Source: a virus. From it: 37,551 nt of DNA. The first letter of the stretch is position 1; each line of letters starts with the position of its first letter. Positions 22,553 through 32,026 of the stretch are shown in pieces. Position numbers and translations under genes: made by a program. The DNA is taken from positions 1-37,551 of the IMG/VR virus record IMGVR_UViG_3300006143_000048; one strand, 5' to 3'. The notes beneath the pieces are model-generated. The model worked only from the letters and a program-made list of their open reading frames with translations, searched no databases and was not told the DNA's origin.

Positions 22553-22792
22553 ATGAGTAAAGCAGATGAGATGTTTGAAGAATTAGAATATGAAAAAATT
22601 GAGGAAAGTAAAAGATATTTAAGATATAGTACAGATAAAAGATATGGAGAGCATATAGATTTTGAACTTAAATTACAACAAATAAGATGTACAAGAGTAA
22701 CTACACGAGGAAATACACATTTTAGATATATTACAATGAAAGAGTTACAAGCAATAAATCAGAAAGTAAAGGAGTTAGGGTGGAATGAGTAA
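22553..22792 (+). CDS. Hypothetical protein
   Basis: 79 aa ORF. Confidence 0.5.
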   Translation: MSKADEMFEELEYEKIEESKRYLRYSTDKRYGEHIDFELKLQQIRCTRVTTRGNTHFRYITMKELQAINQKVKELGWNE

Positions 22793-23139
22793 TAATAATA
22801 CAAGAGAAGGAATAAAACAAGCAATATTTAGAATGATTTGTAAAAATGATGTATGTATTATGAATCCACGGATATGTAATAAGTACAAGAGGATTGGCAG
22901 AAATACAAAATATTTCATATTACAAAGCTAGAAAATATTGCAAAGAATTAGAAAAGAAAGGATTAATTGAACATATAAGAGAATATATACCAGACCAATT
23001 CAGTTATGAAGGAGAACTGCAACAAGAAGCGTTTTGGAATATAGGTTGGAGAACAACTGAAAAAGCATTAGAAACTGAAGTATGGAAGCAAGAAGAAACA
23101 GAAGAAGAAAAAATAAGAAAAGAGGTGTGGGGAGATTAA
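22785..23139 (+). CDS. HTH-containing hypothetical phage protein, +1 shift at CGG 22869
   Basis: 'MSNNNTREGIKQAIFRMICKNDVCIMNP' / 'GYVISTRGLAEIQNISYYKARKYCKELEKKGLIEHIREYIPDQFSYEGE...'. Confidence 0.7.
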
Positions 23140-23472
23140 ATGAACAATAAAGAACAATTAGTAAAATTAATACAAGAAAATCCTAAGTTACCATTTGTAT
23201 TCATGGTTAATAATGATGAGATAGCAGATGGTTATGGATATACAGTAATGGAAAATTTTACACCATATATATCAGAAATTTATGAATATGAACACTATGG
23301 AGATAAAATATTTACAGATGATTTAGATGATGTAAAAGATTATCATTATTGTATATTTGCAGATAATGAAAAATTTAAAGATTTATCTGATGAAGATTAC
23401 AGAAAAGCAATAGATAATTGGATAGATGAAAATATAATACACTATAAAGCAATAGTAATGTATATAAGTTAG
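23140..23472 (+). CDS. Hypothetical protein
   Basis: 110 aa ORF. Confidence 0.5.
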   Translation: MNNKEQLVKLIQENPKLPFVFMVNNDEIADGYGYTVMENFTPYISEIYEYEHYGDKIFTDDLDDVKDYHYCIFADNEKFKDLSDEDYRKAIDNWIDENIIHYKAIVMYIS

Positions 23473-23483
23473 GAGGAAAGATA

Positions 23484-23867
23484 ATGGATATACAAGTAGG
23501 AGATAGAGTTACATACAAATCAATTAGAACAGGAGAAATAAGAACATTAATAATCGATGGAACAGCATTAGAGAAAGATATGAATGCAAAAGATAGTAAA
23601 CAATTTTTTGAAATATTAAAAATAGAAAGACCAAAATATGAAGTAATAGAAGAAAAAAAAGAATTATTAACAGAAGAAGAAAAAGAGTTTTTGAAATGTT
23701 ATATGAAATTAACTACATTAAAATTTAATTATATTGTAAAAGATAGTGATTATTTATACTTAAATATAGATGGAACATTATCTAAAATAAAAATTGAACT
23801 TAATGATTTTTGTTTTAAAAATTTAAAAGTTGATGTTGAATATAAAATAGAAGAATTAGGTTTATAG
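23484..23867 (+). CDS. Hypothetical protein
   Basis: 127 aa ORF, RBS aggaggaaag. Confidence 0.5.
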   Translation: MDIQVGDRVTYKSIRTGEIRTLIIDGTALEKDMNAKDSKQFFEILKIERPKYEVIEEKKELLTEEEKEFLKCYMKLTTLKFNYIVKDSDYLYLNIDGTLSKIKIELNDFCFKNLKVDVEYKIEELGL

Positions 23868-23876
23868 GAGGGTAAT

Positions 23877-24281
23877 ATGGATAAAAAAGAAAAATTAAAA
23901 AAACAGATAGAAGAAGTTACAGAAGTTTTAATAAAAAATGCAGAAGAAAATGGTTTTGATAATTATTGGTTTTATAAAGAATTAATAAAAGGGGATTTCT
24001 TAGTAACAAGTTTCTTTGAAGAATATTTTAGAAAAAATGAAGGATTAAGTTGTTGCACAGACAAGGCTAATTATGTTTTAAGTGCAATAAAAAGAATGAT
24101 AAGACAAAAAGAAAATATAAAATTACAACAAACTTATAGAGAATATCAAGAAAATGGTGGCAAGATAGGAAATATCAAAGAATTAGATGAAATTTGTTAT
24201 TGGTGTCCTAAAACAATAAAAACTAGCAAAGATGCTATTAAGCTATTTCTGAAAGAAACTTTGCAGAAGTGGAGAGAGTAA
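23877..24281 (+). CDS. Hypothetical protein
   Basis: 134 aa ORF. Confidence 0.5.
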   Translation: MDKKEKLKKQIEEVTEVLIKNAEENGFDNYWFYKELIKGDFLVTSFFEEYFRKNEGLSCCTDKANYVLSAIKRMIRQKENIKLQQTYREYQENGGKIGNIKELDEICYWCPKTIKTSKDAIKLFLKETLQKWRE

Positions 24282-24282
24282 T

Positions 24283-24687
24283 ATGGATAAAGAATTAGAG
24301 GAAGTGGTAAATTGGTTATCAGCATTAGACATAAAAAGTGAATATGAAGCAACAAATAAAGAAAGTATTTTAAACTACATAGATAAAATACAAAAAGAAA
24401 ATAGTAAATTAAAGAAATCTAATGAAGTATATATCAATTCTATACAAAGTATAGCGTCAGTCTTATCAAAAGATTATATAGAAAAAGATAAAATAAAAGA
24501 AATATTAAAAGACTTAAACAGTGAAGCTATAAAAGCGGAAAAAGACTTTGATGCAATTTATAAAAAAGAAAATAAAGATATGCAAGATTTTTATACAACA
24601 AGAGATTTAACAAACCAACTGCAAATGATAAGTTGGTTTGAAGGAATATTAGAAGAAGTATTGGAGGAAAAAGAATGCAAGAAATAA
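24283..24687 (+). CDS. Hypothetical protein
   Basis: 134 aa ORF. Confidence 0.45.
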   Translation: MDKELEEVVNWLSALDIKSEYEATNKESILNYIDKIQKENSKLKKSNEVYINSIQSIASVLSKDYIEKDKIKEILKDLNSEAIKAEKDFDAIYKKENKDMQDFYTTRDLTNQLQMISWFEGILEEVLEEKECKK

Positions 24688-24983
24688 GCATAGAAGAACT
24701 TTTAAATAGTTATAGTGAACTAAAAAGAAATAAACAAGTAATAGCGAATATTGATGTGAATTTTTTCTTTTATTTTATGGATAGATTAATTAAAGAAGTA
24801 GAAGATTCAATCCCTAAAGAAACAATACAAAAATACTTAGAAAATGAAAAAGAACTTTTTGAAACTTATAAAAAAGAAAGTAAAACAAATGAGAACCTAA
24901 AATTGGGATTATATAAACACATGGGTGCTAAGAATATGTGTGAAAGAATTTTAGGAATAGAAAAAACTGTAACTTTAGATTGA
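24675..24983 (+). CDS. Hypothetical protein
   Basis: 102 aa ORF. Confidence 0.45.
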   Translation: MQEISIEELLNSYSELKRNKQVIANIDVNFFFYFMDRLIKEVEDSIPKETIQKYLENEKELFETYKKESKTNENLKLGLYKHMGAKNMCERILGIEKTVTLD

Positions 24984-24994
24984 GGAGGAAAACA

Positions 24995-25252
24995 ATGCAA
25001 ATAAATTTTAATGGAGAAAAAGAAGATATATCAGCTATGTTAGTATCAGCTGAAAGATATGCTTTAGGTAGGCAAACTTACATAGTACAATGGACTTGTG
25101 AGATTATTATAAAGAACTTAGATTTATTAACATATAAAGATAAACAGGTTATGATAAGAGATATAGAAAATCCACTTAGCTATGGCGATGAATGCGATAA
25201 AGAATGTTGGTTAAAATTATTAGAAGTGTTAAAGGAGAGTACAAATGAGTGA
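24995..25252 (+). CDS. Hypothetical protein
   Basis: ORF with ATG behind gaggaaaac. Confidence 0.45.
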   Translation: MQINFNGEKEDISAMLVSAERYALGRQTYIVQWTCEIIIKNLDLLTYKDKQVMIRDIENPLSYGDECDKECWLKLLEVLKESTNE

Positions 25253-25592
25253 AAATGAAAAAAAAGAAAGAATACAATTAATTGCAGATACATTAGAAAT
25301 GCTATTACAACAAATAGACGTGTTTACAATGAATTTTACTAAAGAAGATTTAGAGATTTTAGAAGAAAGTAAAGAAAAATTAGAAGAAAAAATATTACAT
25401 AATAATTCAGCATTGCCACTTATATATGCATTAGGTGGAAGTTATGATAGTGCTGAAGATGAAATGAAGATAACATCATTAGAGGGGCTTATATCTATCA
25501 TAAAAGCTCGAAATGAATATAAGGATAAAATAATAAAGATAAAAGAAGAACAAACAAAAAACAAGGAAATTCTAAAATTAATGGGATTATAA
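25245..25592 (+). CDS. Hypothetical protein
   Basis: 115 aa ORF. Confidence 0.45.
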   Translation: MSENEKKERIQLIADTLEMLLQQIDVFTMNFTKEDLEILEESKEKLEEKILHNNSALPLIYALGGSYDSAEDEMKITSLEGLISIIKARNEYKDKIIKIKEEQTKNKEILKLMGL

Positions 25593-25610
25593 TTTTAGGA
25601 GAAAAAAAAT

Positions 25611-25826
25611 ATGTGTAAATATTGTGAAGATATTTCCAAAAAAGAAAGGACAGGATTTTATTCTTACACAGAGTATAAAAGCCTTCCTGCTGAATTTGGA
25701 AACTTAATAGGTATATCGTTGCACTATAAGTTTGATATGCTAAAGAAAGAAAAAATAATACATAGATTTCCGCACTTTTGCCCAATGTGTGGAAAAGAAA
25801 TTAAATTTAAAGATGAAGGAGAATAA
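25611..25826 (+). CDS. Zinc-ribbon-like small protein
   Basis: MCKYCEDISKKE...FPHFCPMCGKEIKF. Confidence 0.5.
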   Translation: MCKYCEDISKKERTGFYSYTEYKSLPAEFGNLIGISLHYKFDMLKKEKIIHRFPHFCPMCGKEIKFKDEGE

Positions 25827-25830
25827 AAAG

Positions 25831-26208
25831 ATGAAAATTAAAGAAATTAAAGAAGAGGGTATTGTATTTGATAATGGATATATATTAGAATACTATCATG
25901 AACAAGATTGTTGCGAAAATGTATATGCAGATTTTGAAATGTTAAAAGAATACAATGTATCAACTGTAACAGGTAAAAGCATAAAGATAAAAGAGATTGA
26001 TTTTGAAGAAAGTTTAATACATTTAGTACAAGGAGTGAAGGAAGTAGGATTCAATATGATTTCAAAAATAGGAGAAAAATTTTTCGTTCCATGTTACAAT
26101 TCACAAAATGGGTATTATTCTGGAAATTTAGAATTGATTTTATATAAAGAAAATAATGTAAAAGAAAAATTAGATATATCAGAATTTGTAAAAGATGAAA
26201 TATATTAA
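25831..26208 (+). CDS. Hypothetical protein
   Basis: ORF with RBS gaaggaga. Confidence 0.45.
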   Translation: MKIKEIKEEGIVFDNGYILEYYHEQDCCENVYADFEMLKEYNVSTVTGKSIKIKEIDFEESLIHLVQGVKEVGFNMISKIGEKFFVPCYNSQNGYYSGNLELILYKENNVKEKLDISEFVKDEIY

Positions 26209-26241
26209 TTACCAACTATACATTTGAAAGGAATTAAATAA

Positions 26242-27465
26242 ATGAAAGATTTAAAAATATTCACAAATAATATAGAAGATGAAGCGGTAAATCAGATTAA
26301 TTTATTACTTGAGCAAGAGACATTTAAAGATTGCAAAGTAAGAATAATGCCAGACGTTCACGCCGGAAAGGGCTGTGTAATTGGATTTACAGCCGATTTA
26401 AAAGACAAAGTGATACCAAATATTGTTGGAGTAGATATTGGCTGTGGTATGTTATGTGTAGAACTTGGAAATATAGAATTAGACTTAGAAAAACTAGATA
26501 AAGTAATAAATAATTGTATACCATCTGGAAGAAATATAAGAGAACACAAAATACTTGACTTTAATGAAATCAATAATTTACATTGTTTAAGAGAATTAAA
26601 GGATACAAAGAAATTTAATAGAGCTATTGGAACATTAGGTGGTGGTAATCATTTTATAGAAGTAGACAAAGATGATGATGGTAACAAATATTTAGTAATT
26701 CATACAGGTTCAAGAAATTTAGGAAAACAAGTAGCGGATTATTATCAAAACTTAGCAATAGAATTATGCAGCGGAAAAGAAGAAATGTATCAAAGAAAAG
26801 AGGAAATTATAAGAAAATACAAAGAGCAAGGAAGGAAATCAGAAATACAAAAAGCATTAAAAGAATTAGTAAAAGAATATAAAGACAATAAGCCAAATTT
26901 ACCAAAAGAATTGTGTTATTTAGAAGGAAAATATAGAGAAATGTATTTACATGATATGAAAATATGTCAAGAATATGCAAGTTTAAATAGATTAAACATA
27001 GCAAAAGAAATTATAATTAATTATTTTGAAATGACATATATTGCAGATATGTACCCACCTATTATGAATAATAGCTTTGAAACAATACACAACTATATTT
27101 CTTTTGATGATAACATAGTTAGAAAAGGAGCTATATCAGCTAAAGAAGGAGAAAGAGTATTAATACCAATAAATATGAGAGATGGCTCAATAATAGCAGT
27201 AGGAAAAGGAAATAAAGACTGGAACGAATCAGCACCACACGGAGCTGGAAGAATAATGTCAAGAAACAAGGCTAAAGAAACATTTAAGTTAGAAGAATTT
27301 AAAGAAAGTATGAAAGATATATATTCAACAAGTGTAGTAGAAGAAACAATAGATGAAGCACCATTCGTATATAAACCAATGCAAGAAATAATTGATAACA
27401 TTAAAGATACTGTAGAAATCGAAAAAATAATAAGACCAATCTATAATTTTAAAGCAAAAAATTAA
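26242..27465 (+). CDS. rtcB: RtcB-family RNA ligase
   Basis: 'MPDVHAGKGCVIGFTA', 'VGVDIGCGMLCVELG', 'GTLGGGNHFIEVD', 'LVIHTGSRNLGKQVA', 'HNYISFDDNIVRKGAISA', 'APHGAGRIMSRNKAK'. Confidence 0.95.
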   Translation: MKDLKIFTNNIEDEAVNQINLLLEQETFKDCKVRIMPDVHAGKGCVIGFTADLKDKVIPNIVGVDIGCGMLCVELGNIELDLEKLDKVINNCIPSGRNIREHKILDFNEINNLHCLRELKDTKKFNRAIGTLGGGNHFIEVDKDDDGNKYLVIHTGSRNLGKQVADYYQNLAIELCSGKEEMYQRKEEIIRKYKEQGRKSEIQKALKELVKEYKDNKPNLPKELCYLEGKYREMYLHDMKICQEYASLNRLNIAKEIIINYFEMTYIADMYPPIMNNSFETIHNYISFDDNIVRKGAISAKEGERVLIPINMRDGSIIAVGKGNKDWNESAPHGAGRIMSRNKAKETFKLEEFKESMKDIYSTSVVEETIDEAPFVYKPMQEIIDNIKDTVEIEKIIRPIYNFKAKN

Positions 27466-27482
27466 AAAAATAGGAGGCACAG

Positions 27483-27941
27483 ATGAACAAATTACTATTA
27501 GAACAAATAGAAGACATAAGAGCAGAAAAAGTGGATTTAGAAAGAAGATTAGAACTTTGGAAACAAGAAAAAATTCCAACAGTTTCAGATAGCATACAAA
27601 CAAGCAGTAAAGATTATCCATACACAAAACATAATACTACAATAACTGGATATAGTGATATAAAATATAAAAGAAATAAAAAGAACCAAAAGAAGTATAA
27701 AAAATTAATAGAAGAAGCGGATTATAAAATAGAAAAGTTAATAAATGAATTGGAATATGAAATGAAAAAAATTGAAGATGAAGATAGTGATATAAGAAAG
27801 ATAATAAGACATAAATATGAGGATAACATGAATTATGTACAAATTGCTCATAAAATGAATAAAGATAGAAAAGATAGCAAAAAGATATATACTGAAGAAA
27901 GTGTCAGAAAACAACTAAAAAGATTTTTAAAAAAATTATAA
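27483..27941 (+). CDS. Sigma-70 region-4-like/ArpU-like late transcription regulator
   Basis: 'DIRKIIRHKYEDNMNYVQIAHKMNKDRKDSKKIYTEESVRKQLKRFLKKL', position before terminase module. Confidence 0.6.
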   Translation: MNKLLLEQIEDIRAEKVDLERRLELWKQEKIPTVSDSIQTSSKDYPYTKHNTTITGYSDIKYKRNKKNQKKYKKLIEEADYKIEKLINELEYEMKKIEDEDSDIRKIIRHKYEDNMNYVQIAHKMNKDRKDSKKIYTEESVRKQLKRFLKKL

Positions 27942-28349
27942 AATGTCCGTTTTGTCCGCTTATAATATGCTAAAATAGTAATAAGTAAAAGTGTGATCAT
28001 TCATATTTTGTATATGAATAAGCCCAAGATTGCACAACAGAATAGAAAGAGTTAATTGCAATAATGCGGTTAGCTCTTTTACATTATCCAACAACGATAC
28101 TAGATAAGTTGCAAAGTGTCGTTCATCAGACATCTCCTTTCTAATATTTTAGATTTTTCGAGTAAAAGTGGTTCAATTCTAGTTAAGAGCATATGTAAGC
28201 AGTATGAAGTATATAAACATAGATAGATAGCAGAATGGCAAAAAGTAGCCATTCAGTCATATGGTGCAAATTATCTATAATTTATATATTTCATAGTGTT
28301 TATTGAACGGTTTTTGAACGGTTAGTAGAAATAGTGAATAGGAGAAAAT
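27942..28349 (+). other. Structured intergenic region upstream of the terminase module
   Basis: Hairpins 28046-28079 (14 bp), 28093-28123 (8 bp), 28233-28254 (7 bp), GTCCG repeats 27945/27954, ttgaacggtt repeats 28303/28314. Confidence 0.5.
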
Positions 28350-28541
28350 ATGTTATCAAGTGAAATAATAGAAAAGTATAAAGAAAAGATGTGTCCGTTT
28401 TGTATACATAGTAATGACACTGATTATCAAGAATGCAATATAGTAATTCAAATGGACGGACAAGCTGATTGCATTAATTATAAATGCGATGAGTATTGTA
28501 GAAAGAAGAAAGAAAATGAAAGAAACAACAGTACTAGATAA
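28350..28541 (+). CDS. Small Cys-rich protein
   Basis: 'KMCPFCIHSNDTDYQECNIVIQMDGQADCINYKCDEYCRKKK'. Confidence 0.5.
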   Translation: MLSSEIIEKYKEKMCPFCIHSNDTDYQECNIVIQMDGQADCINYKCDEYCRKKKENERNNSTR

Positions 28542-28678
28542 AATAACAATTTAGTAGAAAACATAAATTATGAATCAGTGTATGTAGAGATAAAGACAAA
28601 AAATGATAAGTATGTATTAGAAAAGGAAAAGAATACAAGAGTAATTGGATTTTCAGATAAAAAAGAGTAGGTGATTAA

Positions 28679-29177
28679 ATGGCAAAATTAACACGAAAAC
28701 AACAAAGATTTGTGGAAGAATATCTTATTGATTTAAATGCTACACAAGCGGCGATACGAGCTGGATATAGTACAGATACAGCAAAAGATATTCGGATGTG
28801 AGAACCTAGCAAAACCCAACATTCGAGAAAAGATAGATAAAGCATTAGCAGAACGTTCAAAGAGAACAGGTATATCAGCAGATAGAGTAATAGAAGAACT
28901 AGCAAAGATTGCTTTTGTGAATGCTAATGATGTTATAGACTTTAAAACTGGAGGAGTTAAAGAAGACGCTAGAGAAGAAGACCTAGCAGTTATACAATCA
29001 ATAAAAGTTAAAGAAATGTCTGGAGAAAAAGCAGATAGCACAGAACGAGAAACTAAATTGGCAGACAAACAGAAAGCATTAGAATTGCTAGGAAAACACT
29101 TGGGATTATTTAATGATGTAAATATTAATATGAAAAATGCAATACAAGTAGAGTTAGTAGATGATGTTGTTGAATAA
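28679..29177 (+). CDS. terS: Terminase small subunit, +1 shift at CGG 28793
   Basis: 'MAKLTRKQQRFVEEYLIDLNATQAAIRAGYSTDTAKDI' / 'GCENLAKPNIREKIDKALAERSKRTGISADRVIEELAKIAF...'. Confidence 0.9.
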
Positions 29178-30489
29178 AGAAAGAATAAGTTTACAAGAGC
29201 AAATAGGTAAGGGTTATGCTACGTTTTGGAATTTCAAGGGTGATGAAATAGTTTTAATGGGCTCTAAAAGTAGCAAGAAATCTAAAACAGCAGCACAACG
29301 CTGGATGAAATTGCTAAAAAAATATCCTAGAGCTTGTTTATTAGCAACAAGAGACACAGAAAAAACAATCCGTGATAGTGTATTTGCAGATTTAAAATGG
29401 GCAGCTAAAAAGTTAAAACTATATGATGAATGGGATTTTATAAAAAGTCCGTTAGAAGCTACTAATAGGGAAACAGGACAAAAAATATTTTTTAGAGGTT
29501 TAGATGATTGGCAAAAGATAGCATCAATAACTATAGATGATCCAAACTTAGTATTATGTTGGGTATGGTTTGAAGAAGCTTTTGAAATAGAAAAGAAAAA
29601 CACTTATGATAAAGTAAGGATGTCTATAAGAGGTAAAATGCCAGAAGGATATTTCAATCAGTCTTTAGCTACATTAAATCCTTGGTCAGACCAACATTTT
29701 ATTGTAAAAAAGATAACAAACAAATTAACTCCAGATGAAAAGGTTCTTGAAGAAAAAGGAAAACAAGAACTGATAACTGAAGAAGAACAAGAATTTATTT
29801 ACAATGGTGAAAAGCGAAAAGAAAAAGTAAGCCAGTTATTAATGATAACAAATTATAAACTTAACGAATTTCTAGATGTTAAGGACTACGCAAGATTTGA
29901 ACAAAAGAAAAAAGAAGATTATGAGGATTACAAAACATCGGGCTTAGGAATGCCAGGAGTAAGCAAAGGGCTTATATTTAGAAACTGGAGAATTGAAGAT
30001 ACAGAAAAGTATAAAAATACTTTTGAATTAATTAGAAGAGGTTTGGACTTTGGTTATAGTTCAGACCCTTCTGCTTTTTTGCAGTTCAATGTAGATTTAA
30101 AAGCTAAAAGGATAGTAGTATTTGATGAATTTGGAGCAATAGAGCTAACTAATGAAATGCTAGCAAATGAACTAAAAAAGAGAATAGAACCTTATGCACT
30201 AATAAAAGCAGATGCAGCAGAACCTAAGTCAATAGCAGAACTAAATAATTTAGGAATAAATGCAATACCAGCACAGAAAGGACCAGATAGTGTGCTACAT
30301 GGGATTAAATGGCTAAAAGGATTTGAAATAATAGTAGACCCAAAATGTAAAGGGCTAATAGAAGAATTAGGATTATACAGATGGAAAGTTGACAAGCTGG
30401 ATAACCCATTAAATATTCCAGAAGACAAAAACAACCATTATATAGATGCATTAAGATATGGTTGTGATGACTTATATTTAGCAAGTTAG
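29161..30489 (+). CDS. terL: Terminase large subunit
   Basis: 442 aa, 'WNFKGDEIVLMGSKSSKKSKTAAQRWMKLLKKYP', 'CWVWFEEAFEI', 'GLDFGYSSDPSAFL', 'ADAAEPKSI'. Confidence 0.9.
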   Translation: MMLLNKERISLQEQIGKGYATFWNFKGDEIVLMGSKSSKKSKTAAQRWMKLLKKYPRACLLATRDTEKTIRDSVFADLKWAAKKLKLYDEWDFIKSPLEATNRETGQKIFFRGLDDWQKIASITIDDPNLVLCWVWFEEAFEIEKKNTYDKVRMSIRGKMPEGYFNQSLATLNPWSDQHFIVKKITNKLTPDEKVLEEKGKQELITEEEQEFIYNGEKRKEKVSQLLMITNYKLNEFLDVKDYARFEQKKKEDYEDYKTSGLGMPGVSKGLIFRNWRIEDTEKYKNTFELIRRGLDFGYSSDPSAFLQFNVDLKAKRIVVFDEFGAIELTNEMLANELKKRIEPYALIKADAAEPKSIAELNNLGINAIPAQKGPDSVLHGIKWLKGFEIIVDPKCKGLIEELGLYRWKVDKLDNPLNIPEDKNNHYIDALRYGCDDLYLAS

Positions 30490-30497
30490 GAGGAAAG

Positions 30498-32012
30498 ATG
30501 GAAAGCCGATTAATAAAAGAACTAATTACACAATTTAATATGTCTGATATAAAAAAGAAGATGCTAGAAGGCGAAAGATATTTCAGAAATCAGAATGACA
30601 TATTAAAGAAAGACTTAAAAAGTTATACAATTTATGACCAAAAAACTGGTAATAAAATAAAGAAAACAAATGAAAATAAGTCAGATGAGCATTTACCACA
30701 TGGATTTTATCCTAAGCAAGTAAATCAAAAGAAAGCTTATGTATGTGGAAAGCCAATAACCATTACATATAATATGCCAGTTGATGGAGATAAGAACGAA
30801 GTAACTAAGAAAGCAGAAAAGAAAATAACTAATATGGTATGGAATGCTTTAGGTCCTAATTTCGAAAAGTTAATAAAAAACAGAGTCAAAGAAGCTAGCA
30901 ACAAAGGCAGAAGTTGGTTACATCCAGATTACAGAGATGGAAAATTTGTACTAAAAAGATTACCTAGTGAAGAATGTATACCAATTTATGATAATGAAAC
31001 ACAAAATTATTTAGAGGGTTTTATACATTTTTATACAATTCAAGACTTAATTGGAGATAAGCCAGAAGATAGAATCTATGTTGAATATTGGGATAAAAAA
31101 GAAGTTATGTATTATATAGAGACTAAAGTAGGAGACACAACAATATTCTTAGAAGATGTAACAAGACCAAGACCAGAATGCCATTGGTATAGAGAAATAT
31201 ACGATGGTGCTCTAAATAATTTGAAAGAGATAGAAAAGCACAGCTGGGGTAGAGTTCCTTTTATAGAAATAGAAAATAACGAAGAAAAAATGACAGACTT
31301 AGAACCGATAAAACCACTAATTGATGCATATGATTTAATAGATAGCGGATTTGTCAATACAATAGAAGATTTAAAAGAAATAATATGGCTAATTAATGGA
31401 TATGGTGCAGAAGATTTACTTGCGCTTATAGAAAATTTAAGAATAAATGGTGTAGCAAGAACAAATGACACAGCGGGGAAAATAGATGCAAAGTTGTTGC
31501 CTATCCCATATGAGGCAAGACAAGCACTGCTAAAGGGATTAAAAGAGCTTATATATGAGTTTGGGAGAGCAGTAGATACTAGTAACAAAGATTTAATAGG
31601 ACAAGCTCCGAGCGGTGTATCATTAGAATTTCTGTATACTGATTTAGATATGAAGGCAGATGACAGCATAGGTGGACTTACAAGTGCTATATATGAAATT
31701 TTGTGGTATGTATTGCAAGATTTAAAAATGCAAGGAAAAATACCATTAGAAGTAAACGAATTTGACTTTAAAATTGAGTTTAATAAGTCAAGAATATTCA
31801 ACGAAACAGAAAAGGTAAATACATTAAGCAATGATACAGTAATGAGTATTCGAAGCAAGCTAGAAAAGCATCCATATGTAGATGATGTAGATATAGAACT
31901 ACAAAGGATAAAAGAAGAAAAAGAAGAAAATATGAAAATGCAACAAAGAGTATTTGGCACTGCTGGAGGCTTTAAAAACAATCATGATGAAGACGATGAC
32001 ACCAACGAATAG
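30498..32012 (+). CDS. Portal protein, SPP1 gp6-like
   Basis: 504 aa directly after terL, 'GKPITITYNMPVDG...', 'SGVSLEFLYTDLDMKADDSIGGL'. Confidence 0.9.
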   Translation: MESRLIKELITQFNMSDIKKKMLEGERYFRNQNDILKKDLKSYTIYDQKTGNKIKKTNENKSDEHLPHGFYPKQVNQKKAYVCGKPITITYNMPVDGDKNEVTKKAEKKITNMVWNALGPNFEKLIKNRVKEASNKGRSWLHPDYRDGKFVLKRLPSEECIPIYDNETQNYLEGFIHFYTIQDLIGDKPEDRIYVEYWDKKEVMYYIETKVGDTTIFLEDVTRPRPECHWYREIYDGALNNLKEIEKHSWGRVPFIEIENNEEKMTDLEPIKPLIDAYDLIDSGFVNTIEDLKEIIWLINGYGAEDLLALIENLRINGVARTNDTAGKIDAKLLPIPYEARQALLKGLKELIYEFGRAVDTSNKDLIGQAPSGVSLEFLYTDLDMKADDSIGGLTSAIYEILWYVLQDLKMQGKIPLEVNEFDFKIEFNKSRIFNETEKVNTLSNDTVMSIRSKLEKHPYVDDVDIELQRIKEEKEENMKMQQRVFGTAGGFKNNHDEDDDTNE

Positions 32013-32026
32013 GAGGTGTTGATTTT

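Noticed and set aside
27944-27958. tgtccgttttgtccg as an expanded NCCG anticodon
   Set aside because: No flanking anticodon stem; the 12-mer tgtccgttttgt also occurs inside the 28350..28541 coding gene. Treated as DNA repeats only.
28073-28190. tRNA-like element: gctctt...ttcaattctagttaagagc with a T-arm-like sequence
   Set aside because: 118 nt long, one T-stem mismatch, no D-arm with GG, no clear anticodon arm, and the 5' strand is better paired in the 14-bp hairpin 28046-28079.
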